DNA of 63,457 nt, filler included, from Nitrospinota bacterium (GTDB taxonomy: Bacteria; JAUXIQ01): NCBI GenBank assembly GCA_030620925.1. It is 15 parts of 15 records of this genome, joined end to end, with 100 filler letters (N's around TTAATTAATTAA, not from the genome) between each part and the next. Parts side by side here need not be neighbours in the genome. Positions count along the whole stretch, not along the records: positions 40,760 to 50,034 come from JAUXIQ010000051.1; positions 50,135 to 52,880 come from JAUXIQ010000412.1; positions 52,981 to 56,161 come from JAUXIQ010000351.1; positions 56,262 to 60,675 come from JAUXIQ010000219.1; 11 more parts are not named here. One strand, 5' to 3'. The position numbers and the translations under genes are program-made. Each line of letters begins with the position of its first letter. Within the stretch, counting starts at the first letter, position 1. The notes under the pieces were generated by a model. The model searched no databases. It was not told where the DNA came from and saw only the letters and a program-made list of their open reading frames with translations. This document shows positions 49,034-58,219 of this stretch, piece by piece.

Positions 49034-49062
49034 AATCTAGCATGAGGATATATGCATGTCAA
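49034..49062 (-). promoter_or_regulatory. Putative sigma70 promoter of tRNA-Asp
   Basis: Minus strand TTGACA-N17-TAGATT with TG extended -10. Confidence 0.55.
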
Positions 49063-49164
49063 ACAAAATCAAAAATGTCCAGGTGAGTACCGAGGGAACA
49101 GCAGGCCTTCATTATGATTTAACGTGAAAACAGTATTAAGCTTCCCTTTCAGTCTTCCCTAATC

Positions 49165-50034
49165 TCAGGTTTCCGTGTAACTCTTCAGAGCAGCATCTAT
49201 TTCCCTTTCGAGCACTTTCGGTGCCTGTTCGATTTCCACCAGGGTGACGGAGCCGTCGCTTCTACTGCGCAATTCGACTTTGTTTTGTGCCAGGTTTTTG
49301 GAGCCCACTGTCAGGCGAAAGGGTATCCCTAAAAGGTCTGCATCTTTGAATTTTACACCTGCTCTTTCGTCGCGGTCATCTATGATTGCTTCCAGCCCGG
49401 CTTTTATGCAAGCTGAATAAATATCTTCGGCTGCGCTGAGCACTTCTTCGTCCTTCATGTTGACGGGCAGAATATAAACATGGTAGGGAGCGATGGGCAT
49501 GGGCCAGATTATTCCATCTTCGTCATGGTTCTGTTCAATTGCTGCCGCCATCGACCTTCCCACACCGATACCGTAGCAGCCCATAATGATTAATTTCTCC
49601 TCACCCTGGGCATCCTGAAAGGTGGCTTTGAGCGCCTGGCTGTATTTGGTGCCCAGCTTGAAAACGTGCCCCACTTCTATTCCTTTTTCGATGGTCAGTG
49701 TGGAGCCGCATCTGGGGCAGGGGTCATCCGCCTCTAATAACCTTAAATCCTGAAAGTCGTGAACCTCGAAGTCTCTGCCGATATTGACGCTCAGGAGATG
49801 GTAGTCATTTTCGTTCGCGCCGGTTACGAAATTGGCCAGCCCTTTTACAGCTAAGTCGGCGATTATTTTTATTCCCTCAAGTCCCACCGGACCGGAGAAA
49901 CCCTCGGGCCCCTCCGTGATCTTCTGTATGGCTGCGCTGTCGGCCATCTTCAACTCCTGTGCGCCGGAGAAATTCAAGAGCTTGGCCTCGTTGACCATAT
50001 GATCTCCTCGCACCAGCACCGCAAGGGGGGTATC
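49165..50034 (-). CDS. proS: Proline-tRNA ligase, C-terminal part
   Basis: 'GIEVGHVFKLGTKYS', 'MGCYGIGVGR', 'DDRDERAGVKFKDADLLG'. Confidence 0.97.
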   Translation of the reverse strand, partial: DTPLAVLVRGDHMVNEAKLLNFSGAQELKMADSAAIQKITEGPEGFSGPVGLEGIKIIADLAVKGLANFVTGANENDYHLLSVNIGRDFEVHDFQDLRLLEADDPCPRCGSTLTIEKGIEVGHVFKLGTKYSQALKATFQDAQGEEKLIIMGCYGIGVGRSMAAAIEQNHDEDGIIWPMPIAPYHVYILPVNMKDEEVLSAAEDIYSACIKAGLEAIIDDRDERAGVKFKDADLLGIPFRLTVGSKNLAQNKVELRSRSDGSVTLVEIEQAPKVLEREIDAALKSYTET

Positions 50035-50134
50035 NNNNNNNNNNNNNNNNNNNNNNNNNNNNNNNNNNNNNNNNNNNNTTAATTAATTAANNNNNNNNNN
50101 NNNNNNNNNNNNNNNNNNNNNNNNNNNNNNNNNN

Positions 50135-50865
50135 ACCACGCCCGCACACCGGAAGAGCTGCTGGCCCTGGGCCGCAGACTTCATGAAAAACACTGCCGGG
50201 GGCTGCTGGTATCCGGCGGGTCATCACCGAACGGGCAGGTGCCTCTCACCCGCTTCTGTCCGGCCATGAAAAAGCTCAGGGAAGATTACGGGATGAGTAT
50301 AGCGGTGCATACCGGACTGGTGGACGAGGAACTTGCCGACGGCCTGACCCTGGCCGGCGTGGAAAGAGCCATGATGGACGTCATGGGGCACGAGGCGACC
50401 ATCCGCGGCGTTTATCATCTCGACGCCTCCCTGGAAGATTTCGACAACTCGTTGAAACTCATGGTCGAGCGAGAGTTGGAAGTAACCCCCCACGTGGTCA
50501 TCGGCCTCCAGTTCGGCGAGCTGCTGGGGGAAGAAGCGGCCCTTGAACTCATATCCCGGCATCATGTACACTCGCTGGTGCTGGTAGTCATCAACCCCCT
50601 GGCGGGGACCGCCATGGAAGGAATAACCCCGCCGGCGGCGGCGGAGATAGGGCGGGTTTTTGCAAACTCCCGCCGGCTGTTCCCGGCCACCCCCGTCATC
50701 CTGGGCTGCGCCCGGCCGGGAGGCGAACATAAATTCGAGACGGACAAATATGCTCTGGAAGCCGGTCTGAACGGCATAGCATACCCTGCCCAGGGAATAG
50801 TCTCCCTGGCGCAGAAGAAAGGACTGAAGGCGATAGTCTCCGAATACTGCTGTTCCATGATGTGA
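50135..50865 (+). CDS. Radical SAM protein, LipS1-like lipoyl synthase subunit (5' truncated)
   Basis: 'LLVSGG', 'AVHTGL', 'PHVVIGL', 'LGCARP' and C-terminal 'CCS' match GC(M/A)R and CC motifs of LipS1; CxxxCxxC would lie beyond the contig edge. Confidence 0.7.
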
Positions 50866-50886
50866 AAACCCGATGAGAGGTGTATA

Positions 50887-51129
50887 ATGAAAGAAGAAAT
50901 AACCGTTACCAAAGAGATCGACTTAAAAGGGGAAGTCTGCCCTTACACTTTCGTGAAATCGAAGCTGGCCCTGGAAATGCTCGATTCCGGCGACGTGCTG
51001 AGGGTGATAGTCGATCACCTGCCCGCAGTGGAAAACGTGCCCCGAAGTATGGAAAACGAAGGGAATAACGTGCTCGAAGTCAGCCAGGTAAACGATACCG
51101 ACTGGAGCATAACCATTAAAAAGGCATGA
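50887..51129 (+). CDS. TusA/SirA-family sulfur carrier
   Basis: 'IDLKGEVCPY' with persulfide Cys; 80 aa. Confidence 0.9.
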   Translation: MKEEITVTKEIDLKGEVCPYTFVKSKLALEMLDSGDVLRVIVDHLPAVENVPRSMENEGNNVLEVSQVNDTDWSITIKKA

Positions 51130-51164
51130 TCCCCGGCTCCGGCAATTAAAGGAGGGAGGGTATC

Positions 51165-51986
51165 TTGTTTCTGGATTTTACAGAAGAGCAGATCAGGCGC
51201 TACAGCCGCCATATCATTCTCCCTGAGGTGGGCGGAAAAGGCCAGCGGAAAATAAACAATGCCTCGGTCCTGGTGGTCGGTGCCGGCGGGCTGGGCTCTC
51301 CCGGCTCCATGTACCTGGCGGCGGCGGGAGTGGGGAAAATAGGGATAGTGGATGACGACCGGGTGGACCTGAGCAACCTCCAGCGCCAGCTCCTTCATTC
51401 CACCCCCGACGTCGGGGCGGAAAAGGTGGAATCCGCCAGGGAGACCCTGCAGGCAATAAATCCGGAGGTGGAGGTGGTCCCCCATAGACTGCGATTGAAG
51501 GCGGACAACATCCTCCCCCTTATCAGGGAGTACGACTACGTCGTAGACGGCAGCGACAACTTCCCCACCAAGTTCCTGGTGAACGACGCATGCGTCATGG
51601 CCGAAATTCCCCTCTCCATAGCGGGGATACTCCGGTTCAACGGGCAGTTGCTGACGGTGCTCCCGCGCAAGGGCCCCTGTTACAGGTGCGTCTTCCAGGA
51701 GCCGCCTCCGCCGGGGCTTATCCCCAGTTGCCAGGAGGCGGGCGTACTGGGCGCGGTGGCGGGGCTGGTGGGCATACTCCAGGCCACCGAGATTCTAAAA
51801 CTGATACTGGACCGAGAGGAAGAACAGGAGAGGCAGATAACCCTGGTGGACACTAATAAGATGAGCTTCCGCAGCATAGCGGTGAAGCGCAACCCTTCCT
51901 GCGCGGTCTGCGGCGATAACCCAACAATAACCGAACTCATAGATTACGATGACACATGTGACATCAGAACCATTCAGGGGGAATAA
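51165..51986 (+). CDS. MoeB/ThiF-family sulfur-carrier adenylyltransferase
   Basis: 'RYSRHIILPEVG', 'GAGGLG', 'SNLQRQ', CYRC and CAVC Zn pairs, 'PSCQEAGVLG'; no rhodanese domain. Confidence 0.93.
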   Translation: MFLDFTEEQIRRYSRHIILPEVGGKGQRKINNASVLVVGAGGLGSPGSMYLAAAGVGKIGIVDDDRVDLSNLQRQLLHSTPDVGAEKVESARETLQAINPEVEVVPHRLRLKADNILPLIREYDYVVDGSDNFPTKFLVNDACVMAEIPLSIAGILRFNGQLLTVLPRKGPCYRCVFQEPPPPGLIPSCQEAGVLGAVAGLVGILQATEILKLILDREEEQERQITLVDTNKMSFRSIAVKRNPSCAVCGDNPTITELIDYDDTCDIRTIQGE

Positions 51987-52061
51987 CGATTAATTCACGG
52001 CGATGGAGCCCTCCCTGCCCATCCGGCGTCCGGATAAAATTAAGTCAGGGGAGAACGTAGA

Positions 52062-52301
52062 GTGGCGAACATGAAGATTCACCTCACTTTTCCAACGGAT
52101 AAAATTCAGGAGCCGGTCATCTACGACCTGGGTCGGAAGTTTAAAGTGGTGACCAACATCCGGCGGGCCAACGTCAGCGAGAGCGAAGGCTGGATGGACC
52201 TGGAATTGACGGGCGAAAGCGATGAGATTGAAAAGGCCATGAACGCGCTTGAAAAGCAAGGCGTCCGCGTGGACCCCATAGAGGGAAGCGTGCTGGAATA
52301 A
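52062..52301 (+). CDS. NIL domain protein
   Basis: 'LTFP...QEPVIY.L...F.V.TNIRRANV...GWM.LEL.G'. Confidence 0.85.
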   Translation: MANMKIHLTFPTDKIQEPVIYDLGRKFKVVTNIRRANVSESEGWMDLELTGESDEIEKAMNALEKQGVRVDPIEGSVLE

Positions 52302-52378
52302 CCCTTCTACCGGCAGCATCAGGGCGGGTTTTTCCATCAACGCAAAACTTACAGCGTAAAAGTTGAGGAGAAAGAAAA

Positions 52379-52843
52379 TTGAAGATAACAACCAAGGGCC
52401 GTTACGCCATAAGAGCTATCCTCGACCTGGCCTACCACGGCCGGGGAGAGCCTATTCCCATTTCCAACATGGCGGTGAGACAGGAGATTTCCCAGACCTA
52501 CCTGGAACACCTTTTCGGGAAGCTGAGGAAAGCGAACCTGGTGAAAAGTATCCGCGGCCCCGGGGGAGGCTACCTTCTGGCAAAAACCCCTGACCAAATA
52601 AGCGTGCGCGAAGTCTTCCTGGCTGTGGGAGAATCCATCACCCCCGTGGAATGCGTGGCGGTTGACGGTAGTACAGGCACCTGCAACAAAGTGGACCAGT
52701 GCATCAGCCTGCTGCTTTGGCGGAAGCTGGCCAAGAGCATCGTGGAAACGCTGGATTCCATTACCCTGGCCGACCTGTGCAAAGAAAGCGAGGAAGTGGA
52801 AAAAACTTCACTCCCCGACCACCATTACATTTACGACATTTGA
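52379..52843 (+). CDS. Rrf2-family transcription regulator (IscR/CymR-like, 3 Cys)
   Basis: 'ITTKGRYAIRAILDLA', 'VKSIRGPGGGY', 'ECV...C.....C'. Confidence 0.92.
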   Translation: MKITTKGRYAIRAILDLAYHGRGEPIPISNMAVRQEISQTYLEHLFGKLRKANLVKSIRGPGGGYLLAKTPDQISVREVFLAVGESITPVECVAVDGSTGTCNKVDQCISLLLWRKLAKSIVETLDSITLADLCKESEEVEKTSLPDHHYIYDI

Positions 52844-52980
52844 GCCCCATCAGAGATTAAGCCGATCCACTACCGCCCCANNNNNNNNNNNNNNNNNNNN
52901 NNNNNNNNNNNNNNNNNNNNNNNNTTAATTAATTAANNNNNNNNNNNNNNNNNNNNNNNNNNNNNNNNNNNNNNNNNNNN

Positions 52981-53564
52981 CTTTCTGGGGATTGACGCTG
53001 ACCCATTTCCTGTGCTGTACGGCGCATTCCGGCCCCATCTATCATCTGGTCGCCTTCGCCACCGACTCGGGCATCCCCAAAATGACCGCGGCAGCCATTT
53101 TCGGGGTGATGGGAATATCCAATGGTCTGGGACGCATCGGCGCCGGGCATCTTTCCGACAAGATAGGTTCCAAACGGTCTCTCATCATTTTCCTCACCAT
53201 CCAGGCGGCGACGATTTTCTCCTTCGCCTTCGCACGGCACACGTGGCATTTCTATACATCCGGCTTAATTTTCGGGATGGCCTTCGGGAGCGTTATGCCT
53301 ATGTACGCGCTTATGGTGCGCGAATATTTCGGCCCCCGGAACATGGGGACCATCTACGGGAGCGTGTTCATGGTCGGTTCGTTGGGCATGGGGATCGGCC
53401 CCTACCTGGGTGGCTTCTTTTTCGACACGTCGGGCAGCTACCTCTGGCTCTATGTCACAGCCTCCATAATCGCATTCTCGGCCGTTTTCATGTCTACCGT
53501 CCTCAAGCCTCCCGGATATAAACTTTGGCGCGAGCGACTGGTCGAACCGGAGCTTTCGGGGTGA
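52981..53564 (+). CDS. MFS transporter, C-terminal half
   Basis: 'GRIGAGHLSDKIG', 'REYFGPRNMGTIYG', 'FDTSGSY'. Confidence 0.88.
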
Positions 53565-53592
53565 TGCCCGAATACCATAACACAGAACCCGG

Positions 53593-54519
53593 GTGGATCA
53601 GATGGCAGAGATAACCGAACTGCAAAAGGACATACTGTTCATCCGGCGTGACTGGCTGAACAGCAACAGCCTGCTGATAAAGGGCAAAGAGAACGTCCTT
53701 ATAGACACCGGCCATATCAGCAGTTTCCCCCAAACGCTCTCCCTGCTGCAGGAAACCGGGGTGAATCCGGAAGAAATAAACATAGTGGTAAACACCCACT
53801 TCCATTCCGACCACGTAGGGGCCAACCTCGCAATTCAGGAGCTATCAGGAGCCATCATCGCCGCCAGCGGGCTGGAAGCCAACCTGATAAACGCCGGAGA
53901 CCGCTGGAGCAACTGGCTCGACTTTTTCGGCCAGGATGCCCCCTTATACCACGTCAGTAAAATCCTGGACGACGGGCAGCTCTTCCGGGCGGGGCCCTAT
54001 GAGTTCCGCGTGGTTAGTACTCCGGGACACTCCCCCGGCGGCGTCTCCCTCTACTGCGAAGAGCTGGAAATGTTGGTGTGCGGAGATGCGCTCTGGTACC
54101 ATGATTTCGGTCCGGTGAACTGTGTGGTGAACGGCCAGGGCGCACTGGACCAGGCCAGGGACAGCCTGCAGAGACTGGCCGATTTGAAAGTGGAGCAGTG
54201 CGTTCCCGGCCACGGGCCGCTCATCAGCGATCACCAGGAAAACGTCGGCCGCTGCCTGCGGAAGATCGAAAAACTGTTGGATGATCCCCGGGAGGCGGCC
54301 ATGCACATCATCACCCGCGTGCTCACCTTCCAGATAATGATAGAGGGAGGCATCGCCAGTGATAAGATGGGAGACTATCTCATTGAGAAGGGGTGGTTGC
54401 AAAAATTCAACGAGCTCTACTTCCATGCAGACCTCCAGGATCTTATGGATCAAGTTCTGAAGAGGCTTCACAAGAGTGGTGCTATAAGGGTAGACGCGGG
54501 CGTAATCAAAGCGCGATAA
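53593..54519 (+). CDS. Metallo-beta-lactamase fold hydrolase
   Basis: 'THFHSDH', 'TPGHSPG', 'CGDAL', 'VPGHG'. Confidence 0.9.
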   Translation: MDQMAEITELQKDILFIRRDWLNSNSLLIKGKENVLIDTGHISSFPQTLSLLQETGVNPEEINIVVNTHFHSDHVGANLAIQELSGAIIAASGLEANLINAGDRWSNWLDFFGQDAPLYHVSKILDDGQLFRAGPYEFRVVSTPGHSPGGVSLYCEELEMLVCGDALWYHDFGPVNCVVNGQGALDQARDSLQRLADLKVEQCVPGHGPLISDHQENVGRCLRKIEKLLDDPREAAMHIITRVLTFQIMIEGGIASDKMGDYLIEKGWLQKFNELYFHADLQDLMDQVLKRLHKSGAIRVDAGVIKAR

Positions 54520-54601
54520 TAGGCGCAGGAGGTATTCCGGTGATTCGCAGTATGCCGGAAAATCATCAGTGGTTTAAAGGCGGAGGAGAGGGGGAACGGC
54601 G

Positions 54602-55609
54602 ATGAGGTTTGTGATAGAAGGTGGAGGGGCAATAGGCGGAACCATCGGAGCAAAGATGGCGCTGGCGGGATTCGAAGTGATCATGGTGGGGAGGTCCCCC
54701 CACGTGGATATAGTGAGGCGGGAGGGGCTGAACCTGAGGGGCCTGCTGGGGGAAGCCAACGTTTCCATACCCGCCGCTAAAGAGCCTGAAATGGTAAACT
54801 ACCAGCCCGGCGACATTTTGTTCATGACCACCAAAACCCACGACACCGAAGCGGTGGTCGAGAGCATAAAGGAGATCGTAGAGCCGGAGACGCCCGTCTT
54901 CTGTTTTCAGAATGGCGTGCGCAACGAAGAGATTGTGTCCTCACATTTCCAGAATGTTTACGGAGTAACCGTGCTCTTCAACAGCGTGTTTATAAAAGAC
55001 GGCGAGGTGAGCGTCCCTCTGGGCGGCGGGTTGGCCGTGGGCAGATACCCGGAAGGGGTGGACGAAAAGGCGGAAGAAGTGGCGCAAGCGCTGCGCGACG
55101 CTGAATTCCAGGCTGAGCTCCATCCCCAGATCATGAATACCAAGTGGCTCAAGCTCCTCATGAACTGCCGCAACTCCGTATTCGCCATCACCGATGAGCC
55201 GGGGCAGTCGGTAGCTACTTCCGAGCCCCTGCGTCAGATGCTGGCCGACCTCACGGAGGAAGCACTGGCGGTGGTCAAAGAGGCGGGGATAAAGATTGAG
55301 AACTTCAAGGGACAGAAACACATAGAAGATCAGATACGCGATCTTCGCTCCCGTAAAAACATCTTTAGTGACCGCGGCATCAGCGATGAAGACCCCATTC
55401 GCCCCTCAACCTGGCAGGATATATACTTGAAGAGAGGCAAGGCTGAAGTGCCCTACTTTAACGGTGAGATAATCCGGCTGGGGAAGGAACGCGGGATGCT
55501 CACCCCCATTAACCGCAAGCTGCACGATATCGTGATGGACATGGCGGCCAAGAAGGAATCTCCCGGAAGGTATACGGTGGAGGAGCTTCAACAAATACTG
55601 AAAAGCTGA
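54602..55609 (+). CDS. Ketopantoate reductase (PanE/ApbA) family protein
   Basis: 'GGGAIGG', 'FQNG', 'KWLKLLMN', 'STWQD', 'EVPYFNGEI'. Confidence 0.88.
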   Translation: MRFVIEGGGAIGGTIGAKMALAGFEVIMVGRSPHVDIVRREGLNLRGLLGEANVSIPAAKEPEMVNYQPGDILFMTTKTHDTEAVVESIKEIVEPETPVFCFQNGVRNEEIVSSHFQNVYGVTVLFNSVFIKDGEVSVPLGGGLAVGRYPEGVDEKAEEVAQALRDAEFQAELHPQIMNTKWLKLLMNCRNSVFAITDEPGQSVATSEPLRQMLADLTEEALAVVKEAGIKIENFKGQKHIEDQIRDLRSRKNIFSDRGISDEDPIRPSTWQDIYLKRGKAEVPYFNGEIIRLGKERGMLTPINRKLHDIVMDMAAKKESPGRYTVEELQQILKS

Positions 55610-55684
55610 TCCCGTTTTTGTGCACAAATTTTCGCTTCAATTAACGCGGTTTTCCGATATTCGATAAAACAGGGAGGATGAAAC

Positions 55685-56149
55685 ATGGGCGACGTGATTC
55701 ACGTTTCAAAGTCGAAAATCTTCAAGGATAAGGGCACGGTGCGCCGGGCCTATATCGAACACTTCGAGGAGCCGTTCTACTATGGCGTCCACGGCGGAAT
55801 AAAGGATTTCTACAAGGTGGAGCCGGAGGTGGAGTATCCGGCCACGCTGGACCATATCATCGCCGCCGTGGCGGGGTGACTCACGGGGACCCTCGGTGGC
55901 GCGCTGGAAGCGCGCGGGATACCCAGTCAACCCGATAAGCTCCACTCCGACGTGGAAGGCTACATAGAGAACGTAGAGGGCAAGCCGGTCATCACCAGGA
56001 TCAAAGTCCACTACCACATCAAGGTCCCCCAAGGGAAAAAGGAAGAGGCCGAGCGCATGATTTCCGTGCACGAGAAAGGCTGTCCGGCGGCCATCAGCGT
56101 AAAACGCGGTATAGAGATAGAATACTCAGGCGACATCGAGGAGGAATGA
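55685..56149 (+). CDS. OsmC-family selenoprotein (Sec65, UGA at 55877)
   Basis: ORFs 55685-55879 and 55952-56149 share a frame and only the TGA separates them; fused 154-aa product 'AAVAG-U-LTGT...CPAAISV' has OsmC catalytic spacing. Confidence 0.85.
55899..55915 (+). promoter_or_regulatory. Bacterial SECIS element of OsmC-like gene
   Basis: GCGCGCT-GGA-AGCGCGC perfect hairpin; loop starts 26 nt after UGA. Confidence 0.75.
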
Positions 56150-56261
56150 TCGGGCCCTCGANNNNNNNNNNNNNNNNNNNNNNNNNNNNNNNNNNNNNNN
56201 NNNNNTTAATTAATTAANNNNNNNNNNNNNNNNNNNNNNNNNNNNNNNNNNNNNNNNNNNN

Positions 56262-57283
56262 CGGGTGTCCATGCCGCAGGCGGTCAACCGCTGACGGAAA
56301 TTGATCACGCCGTTGGCGCTGGTGAAGATTACCCATCGATAGCTTTGCAGGTCTCTTATTTCGGCATCCAGCTCTTCCCAGCTCTCAGGGGGGACGATGC
56401 GGATGGTGGGGAACTCGATAACCCTGGCGCCCGCTTCAGCGAGCAGCATGGCGAACTGGCTGGCCTGCTCGCGGGTTCTGGTGACCAGGACGCTCTTCCC
56501 GAACAGGGGTTTGTGCTCAAACCAGTTGAGTTTTTCACGCAGATGCGCCACCGAGCCCACCACTATGATTACCGGCGCCGTGAACCCGGCTTTTCTGGCC
56601 TTTTGGTCGATGTCTTCCAGGGTGCCCACCAGGGTTTCCTGCAGTGCCGTGGTGCCCCAGCGGACGAGCGCCACCGGCGTATCCGCTTTCAGGCCGTTAT
56701 CCATGAGGTTTTTGGTGATATTGAAAAGGTTGCGCATACCCATGAGGAACACCAACGTTCCCACCCCGGTGGCTATCTTCTCCCAGTGAACGCTGGAGAC
56801 CTCCTTGGTGGGGTCCTCATGGCCGGTAACGAAGGCCACCGAAGACGTATGCGAGCGATGGGTGAGGGGTATGCCCGCGTAGGCGGGGGCGGCTATGGCC
56901 GAGGTAACGCCGGGCACCACTTCGAAGGGGACGCCCGCCTCCCAAAGCTCCTCAGCTTCCTCCGCTCCCCTGCCGAAGATGAAGGGGTCTCCCCCTTTGA
57001 GGCGCACGACGTTTTTCCCTTCCAGGGCTTTTTCCACCAGCAGCCGGCTTATACCCTCCTGCGAAAGGGTGTGATCCCCTCCCTTCTTCCCCACGTAGAT
57101 GATTTCTGCATCTTCTCCGGCTTCCGCCAGCAGATTGTCGTCGGCAAGGTAGTCGTAGACGATGACGTCTCCCCGCCTGACGCACTCCAGCCCCTTGACG
57201 GTGATAAGGCCCGGGTCTCCGGGGCCGGCGCCCACCAGGTAGACCTTCCCCTTCTTTTCGGTATCTTTTTTGGAAGCGGTCAT
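56262..57283 (-). CDS. cobA: Uroporphyrinogen-III C-methyltransferase/synthase fusion (CobA-HemD), 3' truncated
   Basis: 'LVGAGPGDPGLIT', 'RLKGGDPFIFGRG', then 'KPLFGKSVLVTR...IFTSANG'. Confidence 0.95.
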
Positions 57284-58218
57284 TCTCTTCCCTTAAGCAG
57301 TTCTTGAAGTATCCTATCCGCACCCATCTCCAGGAGTTTCTGAGCGAGGGCCCTGCCCAGACCCTGGGGGTCGGCGGAGGGGCCTTCCATGCAGTGGCGT
57401 ATGAGCTCATTCCCGTCCAGCGAGGCCACCATGCCTTCGAGGATGAGCAGGTCTTCGGAGAGACTACCGTAACCTCCCACCGGCACCTGGCATCCGCCCT
57501 GGAGCACGTGCAGGAGCTCCCGCTCGGCGATGATGGCGCTCCTGGTGGCAGGATGGTCCAGTTTCTGCAGGAGGTCGAAGAGCTCGCTGTCGTTTCCCCT
57601 TATCTCTATACCCAGGGCCCCCTGTCCCACGGAGGGGAGGCATATTTCAGGCGGAAGAACCTGGGTGACGCGGTCTTCCCAACCCATTCGTTTGAGGCCG
57701 GCCAGCGCCACCACTATTCCGTCCATTTTCTCGTCGTTCAGCTTCCTGAGCCGGGTGTCCAGGTTCCCCCGCAAGGGCAGGATTTGAAAATCGGGCCGGA
57801 GGTTGAGAAGCTGGGCCTGCCTCCTGAGGCTGCTGGTCCCCACCCGTGCGTTTTCGGGCAGTTCCTCTATCTTGCGCCCCGGGTTTTGCGAGGTTACCAG
57901 GGCGTCCCAGGGCTCTTCCCTCTCGGTGATGGTTGCCAGTATAAGTCCCGGGGGCAGTTCGGTGGGGAGGTCTTTCATGCTGTGCACGGCCATGTCCGTA
58001 CGCCCGTCCAGCATGGCCTCCTCCAGCTCTTTGGTGAAGAGCCCTTTGCCGCCGACTTCGGGCAACGGACGGTCTTGAAATCGATCACCGGTGGTTTTTA
58101 TTATCTCCAGCTCGATTTTCAGCTCCGGCCACAGTTCTTCCATTTCAGCTTTTACCATCTTAGTCTGTTTGAGGGCCAGAGCGCTTCCCCGGGTGCCGAT
58201 GGTTATTTTCTTTTTCAT
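57280..58218 (-). CDS. hemC: Porphobilinogen deaminase
   Basis: 'IGTRGSALALKQ', 'GKGLFTKELE', 'VHSMKD', 'GTSSLRR', 'GGCQVP'; ATG at 58218. Confidence 0.97.
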   Translation of the reverse strand: MKKKITIGTRGSALALKQTKMVKAEMEELWPELKIELEIIKTTGDRFQDRPLPEVGGKGLFTKELEEAMLDGRTDMAVHSMKDLPTELPPGLILATITEREEPWDALVTSQNPGRKIEELPENARVGTSSLRRQAQLLNLRPDFQILPLRGNLDTRLRKLNDEKMDGIVVALAGLKRMGWEDRVTQVLPPEICLPSVGQGALGIEIRGNDSELFDLLQKLDHPATRSAIIAERELLHVLQGGCQVPVGGYGSLSEDLLILEGMVASLDGNELIRHCMEGPSADPQGLGRALAQKLLEMGADRILQELLKGRE

Positions 58219-58219
58219 C

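Noticed and set aside
50860..50886. Sec read-through at the TGA after 'CCSMM' of the radical SAM gene
   Set aside because: The family ends at the CC motif, no SECIS-like hairpin follows, and the next gene starts 21 nt later.
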